Shown piece by piece: positions 10,473 to 23,498 of a stretch of 64,000 nt of DNA. Location: the NCBI RefSeq assembly GCF_035594765.1, contig NC_085844.1, positions 214,288,107 to 214,352,106 on the forward strand, given 5' to 3'. Every line of letters begins with the position of its first letter. Positions within the stretch are counted from its first letter, which is position 1. A program made the position numbers and the translations under genes. The notes beneath the pieces were generated by a model that was not told the origin of the DNA, made no database searches, and saw nothing but the letters and a program-made list of their open reading frames with translations. The DNA comes from Anolis carolinensis (Eukaryota).

Positions 10473-13249
10473 TATTTACTTTGATTAACTTAGATATAAC
10501 ACTGAAAACTGAGATGACATTCCTTAAAGCAGAGCTCCCAGCTTTTGGCTGTAACTTGGAACAACAAAATCCTTTTTTCGGACTGCAGCTGTCAGCCTGA
10601 TTATTTCTTTCATTCTCTTGGATAAGCCTTGTTGGACTATTGCTCTAGAGGCATGCAGAGAAGTGCTGAAAGTTATATCCTTGAGCATATCAACAACTTG
10701 CTAAGGAAACAATAACTGGATTTTCATTTAAGTTGTTCACACTTTGACTTTGTTTCTTTTACATTCTTTGCCAACTGATGCAAGGTATTTTGGTAAGAAG
10801 TAGCCCACCACTTGTTCCTAGCTAGGCATTTTCTGTATTTTTTGTCCTTAGGACAGTCCAGTCAAAACAGGATCCCTTCTTTTAAAAAATTAACCCCTGC
10901 CTTCCCTTTTTCTATTATCAGAATTTTAAACTTAATACATATAATATACAGATAATTTGCAGGTGGGCAGTCAGATTTCTAGTGCATGCTTTGACTTTCA
11001 GCTAACCAACCAGAGGAAAAGATTTCTGAATTCTGCCACTTTATAGTGAATGTAGGCATACCAGGAACAGTTTCCTGTCTTTCATCTGCTTGTAAGCACT
11101 GCCAGAAGTTATGAGCACGGTTGGCATGCATTTTAGCCCTCTATCTGGAACTTAACTTACAGGCTTATATGTTAAAGAGTCAGGAGCAATTTATTTTCTA
11201 GGCATTACTTATCTAGTGGTTAAGTTCAAAAGAGCAACCCATAGGACATGTGAAGTTATTTTAACATCTATGGTGGTGAAAGATGGCAATATTTCTGTAT
11301 AGTGATTGTAATGAAGGACTGAATGAGTCCTTGTTTTTTTCTTTGACAGAACATGTTTTTAAATCAGAATGAGCATCCTGCAAGAGGAAGAGGCATTGTA
11401 ATCTCCTCACAATCATTTTAATTATTGGCTCCTGCCGGTCTGCTAAACCTTGCTTAGGGCACTGTTGTCTATGTGAGATGTTGTAGAGATGTGTAATTTG
11501 ATTGGTGGGTAGCACTGACTGTACAAGTCAGAAATAACATGTTTACGTCTAATTCGGGCCTTGAGTCCTTTTCGACAAACTTGATTTTTTACATCATACA
11601 GCAAATGTGTTTATAAGATTGCAAGGATTTTTTTTATCCTTGGCACATCTATATTTTTAAGGTTTAGCTAATAAGTGACTGATGACACTGCCATTTAAGA
11701 GTGATACAGAAGCATAGGAGCTCTGCCAGAATAAAAATTGGTAACATTTTACTTTCTTGTTCTATAAATAGTGGCCTCTTAATCCTATTCCCAGGCTGAG
11801 GCTTAAGTGGTCTTTCCCGGGGGGGGGGGGGGGGGTTCACCAACACCAGTCGTTTCCAAGGTGTATCTACACAAGGGGTTAATTTTAATTGCAACCAATT
11901 TGAGGAGTCAACCCTGCAAGGAAGACAAGAGCTGCACTCATTGACTTCTGAACTGTATTGTATAGACAACTCTCAAGTAAATGTTGTTGAAATCAAGGGG
12001 ACATCGTTCCATGTGACACAAAGTTTGAGTAAAGTTGCCTATTTCTGTTGGTTGTTCACAGGAAAAGAAAGCTATCCAGTGTCATTAACCAAAAGACAAG
12101 AAGCAATATTTTCTCCCAGTGTTATGCATATAATCTCTTTTTAAAAAAACTATTCCTAGAATGATCTGTTTCTCAGGAGATATTTTAGGGTAACAAAATA
12201 AATATTTGCTAGCTGGATTAATGTTATTCCTTTTTTATATACTGTCTGCCTTTAAAAAAAAGAGGCTCTGTGTGCAGGAGTGCCAGCTTGTTTCTTGATC
12301 CAGTTTTAAAAGCTAAAAAATTATCTGAACTATGGTAAAATCTGTCATCATTGATCAGACCCTTTTCGTTCGTTCTTCCGTCTATAGCAGTGGCTCTGAG
12401 AATACTAAAATTCTCTAGTTGAAGGAAAATAAATCTAAATAATGACACAAAACATTGATAAAGCACATTGTGACAGAAGTGCATAAAAACACGATGAGGT
12501 CATTGCTTGCAAAGTTCATACAGAGTCCTGTATGAACAGCTGTGTATGAGGTTTTTATCCTCTGATATGAACAAAGACAACTATACAAAACTAATGGAAC
12601 ACCTGTCTAATAACAGTGCAAAACACAATCAGTTTTGCAATTTTGACACACATGTATATAGTTGGCGCCCATGCAGCTATTTTTCTAACTGAAAGCTGGT
12701 AAGATGTAACAGAATTGCCCAAGTTGGCAGGCTTGCTTTCCTCTGGTGGTATTGGGATGCATCTGTTCTAACCTATCAGTTTATTACATGGAGAGTTCTC
12801 AAGTTTCAACAACATGGCAGGTGGATGAGTTGTTCAAAGAGCAGCTTTCACAGAGGGAGGAAGAAAGTAGTGCTTAAAATAGCAAGGCAACAGCTTTCAA
12901 TTAGCCATACTGATTTCCTACAGTTTAGTCTTGACACATGCACACTTGTGGGATTTCTTTAAAGGTCCATCATGTTTTATACCAAAGCTACTGTGATTTG
13001 ACATTGCAGAATGATGTGTTTTCCTGCAGAGTATTGTATTTTCACACAGTTTTCCAGAAGAACCCTGAAAATGCCTTTCTGAGGGCTAGAATATCTGTTC
13101 AACAGAATGAAGTGAACTGTGTGACTTCAGAGGAGCATGTGGGGAAGAGAAAGGTCCAGCTTAGCTTGTCAAAATGGAATAGAATCCATCTCCCTGGAAC
13201 TTTCTAAGTTTGATTTTTTTCTTGGTTCAGACTTGCACACAGTATACAA

Positions 13250-13570
13250 GATAAAGGTAACGATTTCCCCTGATGTTAAGTCCAGTCATGTCTGACTCTG
13301 GGGGTTGGTGCTCATCCTCATTTCTAAGCCGAAGAGCCGGAATTGTCCGTAGACACTTCCAATGTCATGTGGCCGACATGACTGCATGGCGCGCCGTTAC
13401 CTTCCCGCTGGAGCGGTACCTATTGATCTACTCACATTGGCATGTTTTCGAACTGCTAGGTTGGCAGGAGCTGGAGCTAACAGCGGCCACTTACGCCGCT
13501 CCCGGGGTTTGAACCTGGGACCTTTTGGTCTCCAGCTCAGTGCTTTAACGCACTTCATCACCGGGGCTCC
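13250..13570 (-). mobile_element. Full-length Sauria SINE
   Basis: Reverse complement of the 3950 copy, flanked by an A(C/T)AGTATACAA duplication. Confidence 0.9.
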
Positions 13571-15990
13571 ATAGTATACAAAGAGTTAATACTAAATTCA
13601 GGATGGTGACCACTGTGAGTGTCCCAAATGCAAATGAAATCCAGACCATTTATTCAAATGTATGAAACCATGTTTGGAGCATTTAGGTGTTGAGCAACCT
13701 TTCTTGCCTGTAGTATATCTCCCCTCCACATCTTTTAAAATACATGTATAACATGTTGTATGAATAATTTGGTTGGACTCAGTGAGAGCTTACATGTTAT
13801 ATGGGTTACAGTGTAGTTTGAGTACTATTAATTTCAAGATTGCTAAATGAGCGAGTCAATCAGTTTTTACAAAATGTATTAAAATTTCTTACAGGCAAGA
13901 ATTTTACTTTGGTGTCACAGTACTTCATTCATAAACATTTGCAGGAGGTTGGCTGTATTATTTTCAATTTGTAGTCTTCCCATTTGTTGCAAATGCTTTC
14001 CATCTTTTGTTTTCCTGTTTATGTTTTTAAAAAAGTCAAAATAGCTGAACAGTGTGTTCTTTTTGAGCTTTGGGAGCCCTCTGTCTGAATAGCATCCAAA
14101 GACTGCACTATTCAAAAACAGTTTGTATAACATATTATATGAACTACATTTGAAATGCAAAACTTTATATGAATTGTTCACTGGGGAGATTGTGGACTGG
14201 ATACATCTGAATATGTGTTTTCTTTATAAGTCCTATATTTTATCCTACCATTCCTTCAAGGAGTTCAAATGAATATACATGATATTCTTAAGCACTATCT
14301 TTCATCTTCAGACCAATTTTCAGAGGACAATATTCACAGTGTGTAAAAGTTATTTTTCACTTTAGTTCCCAGAACTATCCAGCCATCATGACCGTTGGGC
14401 AGGTTTCTTGAGGATTCTGTGATTTATACTCCCAAATTTTCAAAATTCTGACATTATTACATTAGTAGTCAATTCAAAGGGTTGTGGTTTCAAAGACAAT
14501 TCATCAGTTAAAGGTTCAGAATACCCAAGGCCACTCCATTGTCCTCACCTTTTAGATTACCGTATGTACTTTCTAAGATTTATTAGGAAGGGAGGGAATG
14601 GTGTATCACGTTACAAGGAATTGTTCCAGCGTAGCTTTGTATTATTCAGCTATTTGAACCTGTGGCAATTACAGTTTTGAGTAATAAAAAACTTTGTATT
14701 GGAAACAATGCTTCTTACATCTCCATAGGCTTTTCCTGACCACACTCAAACTGCCATGCCAGTTTCCATTAAGGATATTGTGATTGTCCTGAACACAGTA
14801 GTATCCTTTTGTGAGCAGGATGCAGCATTGTATGTTTCCTATTTTCCTTTGTTGTGAAATAAAAACGCTTCCGTTCATAACTGACAAAGCTAAAAATACT
14901 TGTTAGGAGCAATCAAATTAACTTTTCTGTACCATAATTATTACTAATGTTTCAGAAAAGAAAAATTGCAGATTAAAGGCCCTCCACTTGTGACCATTTA
15001 TTTGGACTGCTCACAACTTCAAACCTCTACTGCTTTGGCATGAGAGTTTTGTTTCTGAATAATTCTGTTGTGCAAGTACTTCATTAAAGAATTTGCAGAT
15101 GCTGTTTGCCAGAGATTCTTATGCTACTTTGATGCTGACATGTATTCCAGTGATATTTAGATTAATTCTAATTTAACTATCCTGTTTGGTAGTGTGCATA
15201 TTGATTAAATTGAAACCTTTTGAAAATAACTGCTTAGTTGGGCAATGTTGTTTACCGAACAAATGTGGACTGAAATGCCTCAATATAGGTTTCTGACCAT
15301 TCAGTTCCTCCTCCACCTAATTTTCTAATTTCCTGCTTTCAACATACATAGATCTGAATGTTTTGGAATTATAACATTTTAGGAATTTATCCTAAAGGTT
15401 ACAGGGCTTATTTGTTTTATTGGTGGTTTTGGAAAGTTTGAGGTTGATAGATAATTGCTTTTGAAAATGATGTTTTCATGAACTCCAAGGTACAGAACTG
15501 TTGTAGCCCAGCCTGAGTCTGAGATTGGGCCCATTCAGCCAGTGATTGTCCTTGCATCTGCTTTGCCAGAGGACTCTGGATTTGGGCCTGAAAAGCAACC
15601 AGAAGACTCTGGGTTTGGGCCTGAGATACTGCCAGAGTTTGTCCCAGTGGATTCTGGGACCAGAGACTGAATGGTTGCAAGCCCTGAGTCCCTTCGGGTG
15701 AGAAGGATGGGGTATAAATGTTGGAAATAAAATAAATTGTGAACCACATTTTTCCCAGCAGTCAAGGTCAGATCTCCAGGTGCCAGATGGACATTCTAGT
15801 TTAGAGGAGGATAATGAGTTTGACAGGAGGGGAGCAATAACTCACCAGAGGAGGGAGCGAGAATGTTTGCGAAGAAGCAAATGGTTGCTTTTGAAGCGCG
15901 CTAATGAGTAGTTTTCTCATGAGAGGAAGACCTTGGATTTCCCTTAAAATGCCTTGTTTTTTCTGCCATAGCCAGCGGTGGTAACATTGC

Positions 15991-18900
15991 TTCTTCTTCG
16001 AGTTCTCTGTGAATGCACACTGGTGAAGTATACTGCGCCTGCGCAGGCTCTAACGGAAACTTTCCAAGCTTTACATTTTCAATTTTTGGCGGTAACCACG
16101 CCCATTCCTCCCTAGCATATATAAGGCGCTCTGGCTCCGCACTCCCCAGTTCCTTTTTTTTCCGCCGCAGCAGCTCGTCGGAACTTCATCCATTTCAAGA
16201 TTCAGAAGATAATATTCAAGATGCCAGTGCCTCATCTCTAAGGAGAGGCATGTTTTTTGCCTTCTCTGGCACAGGCAAACTTAAACTACGTATCCTGCTT
16301 CAAAGTGAATCTCCCCTCGAGCTTCGGATTTTTCTCACGCAACATCCTCGTTGGGCCCGTACAGCCAGAGGCTTTTCCGGAAGGCCTTGCCATATCCCAG
16401 CCTCCCTCTCCCTCTCCTTGGGAGCGGCCGTTGCTGAAAGCCTCTGCCGCCCCGTTCTTATCGGGCTCCGGTCAAGCTGACAATAAGCCTCCCCCTCCCC
16501 TTTCGTGGGAGCGACGGTTGCTAAACGCCTCTGCCGCCACGTTTTTAAACGGGCCCCGGCCAAGCTGGCAGTAAATCTAAAATGTTGCCTCCTTACCGGC
16601 TGGAAAACTTCGGCAGTAGCTAAGAGGCTGGAAAAAACAAAGACAGCCAGGCTAGGCTTCCCAAGCCATCTCCTCGCATGATTGTCCTTCCTTGGCTGGG
16701 CGGGCTCTTTTCACAGCTGCCCTCGCCCTCCCCGGAAGAGTTGTTGGCACAAATATAAAGGCAATCCTCTCCTCTTCGGAGAAATGCCTTGGATCTGGCT
16801 GCCTTGGCGGTCGCCAAGCTCCATCTACTGGCTCCAGAAAATCACTGCAGCCATGCCAACCCAACCTTTCACCGTCGACAAAACACAAAACTTGGATGGC
16901 TCAAGCCCGGCCTCAATGCTCCTCGGTTTCGACCAGAATGTCTTTTCTCGAACCCGGCGCACAGGTGAGCGGCTCCGAGGCAATGGTCTTCTCTCCATTC
17001 TCCTTATCAATGGAGAGACCGCCCAATATCTCCAGCCTCCCTAAGACTCTGAGATGCCTGAAAAAGGGCCATAGATTATTATCCATAGCCCTTGCCCCTC
17101 TTCTATGCTCCTTTGAGAGGAGTACGATCTGGGCCTCCCTCACTAAAGGTGATTCTGCCTCTAAATACTGCCGATGTGTGGATCTATCTTGAACTATACC
17201 TGACAAACAGCCTAAAAAGGATCAAGCTACACTGTCATTCTAATGCCACAACACCGCCTCCGGCGGGTGTTTGTTATCACAATCCCATCCCTGGCATTCG
17301 TCTTCTCTTGCGACAGACCGAGTTTTTTCCTTACCGCCCTCACGGCCGATCCTGAATCGGCCCCCGAGGAGAGAAGCACCACGGTATCTACCATAGGCTC
17401 TACCATCCAGCACGAGTCACTCTGCTATGATGGATAGATTGTCGTTTTACAACTTGACTACCTCGGGTTCGAATCCCAGTTCGGCCAGGTCTCCATGCAT
17501 CCTGCAGTGTTCGATCAACTCCATAGACTTCTATATACAGAGGTTTCTCGCTACCTGGAGACTCATTCTCCACGCCCCCCGATGCCGAGAAAAGGAAATT
17601 CTTCGACATCATTAGTCTTTCCGACACGGAAGATCCTCGGTACCGCTAGCCTATAGGACTCGGCATAAGCCCAGTCCCGCCGATAACAGTGATATCCTAG
17701 TCTCAAAACACAGAGCTAAAAATACATCCAGCAGTCGGGCTCGTCAGTAGCCCCGATACTTCTACCTAAGCTGAGTCCATCAGTTCAACCTTAAAAATGT
17801 TGCACCATAATCATATAGCCATTTATCATGGAATTATATTTGCAACAAGTCTCACGGACATCTAGTCTGACCCCCTGTCAAAGGGCAAGACAGAGAGATC
17901 CAAGGCCCTAATCTAATAGCACCTCTTCTGAGAGAACTTAGTGCACATCCATCTTTCAATCAGCCCAAAACCCACCAACAACACTCCGCCGACACCGATG
18001 TCGGAATCAATAAGGTGCTCGGGACCCAGCCTCCTGGACCATATGCTGTTCTCGCTACTCTCATCAATGCAATATATTGAGACGCCACTAGCTATCTAAC
18101 ACCCGGAGAGGCAGCCCCAGAGCCGATTGCTTCGGACGTGATTCTTTCGCTCCAGAAGGCCCTCCTCTGGATCCTAACAGCTGCCCCGCATGGGCCTACT
18201 CCCGAAACCTCCTCTCGGGCTCGAAAAAGTATTTTTCAAAACAACAATTGGTCTCCCTCCCTCCATAGGGAAGGGCCTGACAGTTATATCCTTCCCATCC
18301 TCTAGATCAGAGGGGAAATTTCCACTGCTCTTCTCCGCAAGGATGAGATTTTTTCCCTCTACACTATTCCTCTTACTCTGATGGTAGATCCAATGCCTCC
18401 CTACTGCCATCCCTATGGCTCTTGTTCGGGCTGATGCCTTACTGGCACCCCCTATGGCTGCTATATGGGACCTCCTCCGTCGTCTCTCAAACTCTCCTAG
18501 ATCCCCTCACTTCCCTAGGGCAATCGATCTAATCTCTGATGCCTACCCTTCAGAGAACACCCGAAAGAGGAGATGTTCTAGACCAAAGAAATTCCCCTCT
18601 TCGGCTAAAGTTAAAAAAAAAAAAAAAAAAAAAAAAAGACTTTCCCCCTGGCATCGAGTCTGGCCTTTTCCAACTCTCAGGGTTGCTTTCCGTCTCCACT
18701 TATCGGTCAAGGAGCCGGCGCTGTCCGTTGACACCGCCAGGGTCATGTGACCGACAAACCCCTATGGTCCATCATTTCCTCTCCGCCTAAGCGGTGCCTA
18801 TTCACCTACTCACATTCGTATGTTTTTCTTTTTCAACTGCTATGCCGACAGTGGCTCGACCTAACAACGGTCGCTCACTCCGCTCCCCGGATTCAAACCC

Positions 18901-21778
18901 TGGACCTTTTGGTCTATAGCTTCAGTGGCCCAGCACTTTCACACACTGTGCCACCAGGCACTCCAAGATGAAGCTGGTACCTTCTCTAACATACGACTCA
19001 CGGCTCCTCGGCTGCCAGGAGACTGTAATGTAATAAAATGAAATAAAACAGACCCCCCCCCCCAAAAAAAGGGGATAAAGACCACTATCAGCATAGAACA
19101 TGGAATGCTAATCCCAACTCCGTTCTCATGAGTGCCACCCATCACTACACCGATTTAAAGTTTCTTACGTCTCCTCTCGACAAGAACAGCTTAATGTCCG
19201 AAACTATAGACAGACAGTCAACTCTCCGGCATGCCTCCTCACGTTTTTACCCACTATGGGTCATACATGGGAGCCTTAAACCCTCTTGGTTTTAGGTACT
19301 CCTTACCTTTACTCCGCCTCGGGATCCAAAGCCTTCATAAAGTGTCCCATGATGGGGTCCTAACTCTGTCACTGACTGCCGAGACCCAAAATCACTTACC
19401 AGACTATACATAAAACCATTCCGCAACCGCTCCTTCCACTCGCGGATGCGCCTGACTCCGATCCCAGGACTGCCCGCTGAAGGGCATACCGACGCTGATG
19501 ACCGACCCATGCTTGATCAGGGTCCTCTCCTGACTTTCTTACACAGCCTCTCGTTATGTGGCTATATTAGTCTCCAAACCGTAGCATCTACGCATTAGAT
19601 ATGTGGATAACCATATCCCACAGTCCTGATCCACACTTCTCCTGCTCGGTCGACACTAGTTCCTTCCGAACAGCAGTCTATCCTAGTTGGCACTACTCGC
19701 TCTACTCTTCCGTTTTCCTCATATCTCCTCTGGTCACGGCTAACCTCCAGATATGCCCAACTTTAAATTGCCTTGGGCCCACCATAAAATCCTTTCCAAC
19801 CACATGCCTGACACTAAATCAGAGCTCAACTATTGGAATCACCAGACATTTCGCAGATTGCGATTCCCTGCTTGTTCTTCAGACCGGACGAATCCGAAAT
19901 ATGTCCAATCGAACCCTTTGTACCAAAGGGCTTTTTTTTTTTCTTTTTGATTCATCAACAGGCGGCTCCCGCCCTTTTACATGAGTCAAATACTAGCCAA
20001 CCCTTTCCTGTTACGCCCATGGGCTAGTACAAGCAGGAGAGCCACCATGCATGTTTTTTCTTCGGACTCAAGAGATCTCCTTACACCCGACCTCTACATT
20101 CCTCACCCTTGGTCTTCTGTCCGCCTCGGCGTCCACAGACTTTGCTCTCTCGTCGCTGGATACATGCTTCTTATCCATCTTCTGGGCCCAACGAAGCAGA
20201 GACCAGGTTTTTCCTTGCTTGCCAATCACCTGGTAGCGCCACTGCAAAATGACTATGTCAACCTCTACCCGACAACCCACTCCTGATTGTCAGGATGAAT
20301 CCTAGGCTTGATGCCTTCTCACTCGGACGAAACACCGTCCAGACTCCTCGCTACCCCAAACCTCAGTTTGATATACTTTTCGAGTCACATCTCTCGTGAC
20401 CGTCACCTCAGCCTACCACCCCTCAGAGTTAGGGGCCTGACGGGTGGATGATCTTTTTTCCCCCGCTTTTTTTCTGTCTTCCACAAGACACCTTACAGCC
20501 CTCGACATGGCTACTGCTTCCTTTTCTCCCACGGTACCGTCATACTCCGCACATGCCAACGCATAGCATGTTTGTTCTCAGCCCTCGTGTTGCCTATTAC
20601 TACGTTTTTCTACATCTTCTCGATGGTTGGAGGGCCATCCTCTTCCACAACCAGACGACCCAGTCAATGAAATGTCTTCCCAAATTCTTCACCGCCAATG
20701 TCCATACAAACCGGGCGTGCTCGGTTCCGACCCAGCTATACTTCCCCATGGAATTACATTGGCCAGGAGCTTCGACCGCCACCTACCAGGCCGTTTCCCA
20801 CCTCCTTCAGTCGCATCTCGCTTGACCAGAGACCTCCCATCCCTTATGGCCACCCTCCAGAGCACTTCGCTGGCCTCCAGATGCAGGGCGTCCATTTGCA
20901 CCATCTTGATGACCTTCTCTTCGCAAATTATAGACTCAAGATGGTATCCCAACCACATGTGGTTCTCCATCAATCGGTGCTGGGCTCCAATTGTCCCTGA
21001 GATACCCCTTTTTCCTTATATCCGACTAATCCGGCTTTCAGCCTGATGGTGTTGTTTTCTTTTCTCTGACATAAATATGTCTAGTAGTTCATCCTACTAC
21101 CAAAAGTTTATTGAGTTGCTGAATGCCAACGACACCTGTGGACTTCCGATCACTACTGACACTTCCCAGCAGTAAGTTGCTGGACAGCTCTATATGACAG
21201 CCAATGACTTGATATCTTCTACATGGCCGTGAATGACCTAACTTGTTAGTGGCTACCTCCAGCTATGAGTGTCTCTCATATGAAACATTCCTTTGCTGAT
21301 AAACTGGCGCTCTCGTAAGACTTACTTGGCTCCTTTTTCGTTAATATATACAGTTGAAACAAATTGCTGGGCTTGCTTACTGGTGTCGGTTTGATGCTTG
21401 CCCGACCTTCCACAACCTCAGCTTGCTAGTCTCCACCAGTGTGCATTCACAGAGAACTCGAAGAAGAAAGATAGGTTGCTTACCTGTAACCATGTTTCTT
21501 CGAGTGATTCTCTGTGAATCCACACTAACCCGCCCGTCCTCCCCTCAACATCAAACCTCCCCCTTTCTACCGACTACTGCGGCTCAGGAACTGGGGAGTG
21601 CGGAGCCAGAGCGCCTTATATATGCTAGGGAGGAATGGGCGTGGTTACCGCCAAAAATTGAAAATGTAAAGCTTGGAAAGTTTCCGTTAGAGCCTGCGCA
21701 GGCGCAGTATACTTCACCAGTGTGGATTCACAGAGAATCACTCGAAGAAACATGGTTACAGGTAAGCAACCTATCTTT
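15991..21778 (+). mobile_element. DIRS1-like tyrosine-recombinase retrotransposon, non-autonomous/degenerate
   Basis: Left ITR 15991-16153 and right ITR 21587-~21750 with a 3' extension to 21778. Internal complementary region (ICR) 21434-21526 matches both ends. No TSD. Eroded coding traces: RT (KAFIKC at ~19330), RNase H (TLMTDPC at ~19490), YR (LLDGWRAILFHNQT at ~20620; FANYRLK at ~20920). Confidence 0.9.
18613..18964 (-). mobile_element. Highly diverged Sauria SINE embedded in the DIRS element
   Basis: Collinear with the 13250-13570 SINE (GAGCCGGCGCTGTCCGTTGACAC, CTACTCACATT, CCCCGGATTCAAACCCTGGACCTTTTGGTC) but with many substitutions. Confidence 0.75.
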
Positions 21779-22372
21779 ATTCAAGAAAAAAGGATCTTTG
21801 CTCTGTGTTCCTGTGTATCCAGCTTCAAGTTCCAGCCTTTCCTTGGTCTGTGTTTCCAGTTGGATTTCAGTGACTTTGCTGTTTGGTTTTTATTCTGGTC
21901 AAGACCCTTGCCTTGTGAGTCATCATTTGACTTATACCTTGGACTACCTTGGAGTTATTCCTGCCCTCTAGTCCTGTCTTCCTGTGGTTATCCTTGATTC
22001 ATGCCTTGGAAATACTCTAGTGTGGACTATTCTTGATATCTTTTGGGACTCATTTTGATATCCAATTTGGGATTATGTTCTTGAAGTGGTTTTTATAGAC
22101 TCTTGATTCAAGAAATTCAAATACCTTGCTCTTGTGGATTTAAACCTATTTTATTGACTCTGAACTTTATTTGCTTGTTCTTACTTATAACCTTCAATAA
22201 ACAACTTGCTTGGTTATATTCTGGGGCTTTAGTGTGGTTTTGAGGTGCCTATGCAGCCTAGGGGTGCAACAAGAACTCAACTGAACTTTTTATTAGTATA
22301 TATGTGATAAACTATTTACATTTAATGCTGCCACCAGTTCAACTTCAAGCTATATTATCTAACATACTAACA

Positions 22373-22510
22373 AGTGTTGCCGAAGGCTTTCATGGCCAGA
22401 ATCACAGGGTTTTTTTGTGTTTTCCGGGTTGTATGGCCATGTTCCAGAAGTATTCTCTCCTGACGTTTCGCCCACATCTATGGCAGGCATCCTCAGAGGT
22501 AGTGAGGTAT
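22373..22510 (-). mobile_element. Penelope-like element terminal (pseudo-LTR) fragment
   Basis: GTTGCCGAAGGCTTTCATGGCC...CTGACGTTTCGCC...GCATCCTCAGAGG resembles the typical lizard PLE end and contains the hammerhead motif. Confidence 0.7.
22459..22499 (-). ncRNA. Minimal type I hammerhead ribozyme motif
   Basis: Minus strand reads CCU-CUGAGGA-U-GCCUGC-CAUAGAU-GUGGGC-GAAAC-GUC-AGG: CUGANGA and GAAA core boxes, 6-bp stem II, CCU/AGG stem I, GUC cleavage triplet. Confidence 0.75.
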
Positions 22511-23498
22511 ACTAATAAGGCTAGTCTTACTGCCTTCATTTTATCTATATACCTTAGGTTGTTGTTTTTATTTATCTTCTGTTTTATGTGCATACTGTAA
22601 TAATACAGGGATGTAGTTTTTGTGCCTTCTTGAGAGGATACTTTCTATACTAAAAATACACAAAAGTTTAATGATATTATAATTCGTATCAGATTTAGAC
22701 ATATTTGTTAGCCTTGAAGAGAAATCTTACATCCAGCTATTGCTAGGTATTCTTTTTTGGACAAATGCATTAGTTCAGAATGAAATCAATAATTAACTTT
22801 CTCTCTTTCTCTGCTCTCAAACTCTCCCCCCCCCCCCCCCCCACTACCACCATCATGGCATGAGATTTGTGAAATAATTATTGTCTTTATTTGTGATTTG
22901 TTGGGTCTGAAAGACAAACTAGTTTCTTACCAGCAATTTGACTTTCTCCTATGACTCACCTTTACCAAGCTGAAATCACTACCCTTTGTTGTAGTCCCTA
23001 CCAAAGATGTATAGGAATAAAATAAATAATTGTTACTATGAACACAGGGAAGGAAGCAGGTGTTGAACACCTGTGTTTTTGTTCATTAGAGGAGCATGTG
23101 CTGGGGAGGGGTTTCCCAAAAAGAAATCAACTTTACAAATAGATTTTTTTTCTTTGTAAAAAGTGACCGAAATCATTATAATCTCTTCAACCACATCATA
23201 CCCCGTCATCTATGGCAAAAATCTGTTTTTGTTTTCTTGACTGACCACTGGAAAATAGGGCTGTAAAACACACTTACTGTTCCAAATTTTAAAACTTGGT
23301 ACTTTGGTGCTTTATAGAGTCACACCTGTAGAGTTGTCTGTGGGACAGGAGACAAATGTTCTGTCACCTGCATTTTCCTGTTGTTATTATGATTGATTAT
23401 TTTCCACTCACAGACTGTAATAATCCTGGCAGAAACATAAGAAAAGCATATATAGTAGTTTTAAGCCAGGAGCTGATATATATGGGCTTATATATTTA

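Larger units (their letters stand above)
15499..22271 (+). mobile_element. Solo LTR (15499-15990 plus 21779-22271) split by a DIRS insertion
   Basis: TGTTGTAGCCC...GGGGTGCAACA termini, perfect 5-bp TSD AGAAC at 15494-15498 and 22272-22276, AATAAA near 22196. Confidence 0.85.

Noticed and set aside
12062-12160. Possible extra small exon between the WW exon and the large exon
   Set aside because: The acceptor is plausible but there is no good donor or homology, and 6840 joins 25973 in frame without it.
16013-21971. Many short ORFs on both strands as novel genes
   Set aside because: They are by-products of the GC-rich, degenerate DIRS interior and ITRs; none is an intact gag, RT or YR.
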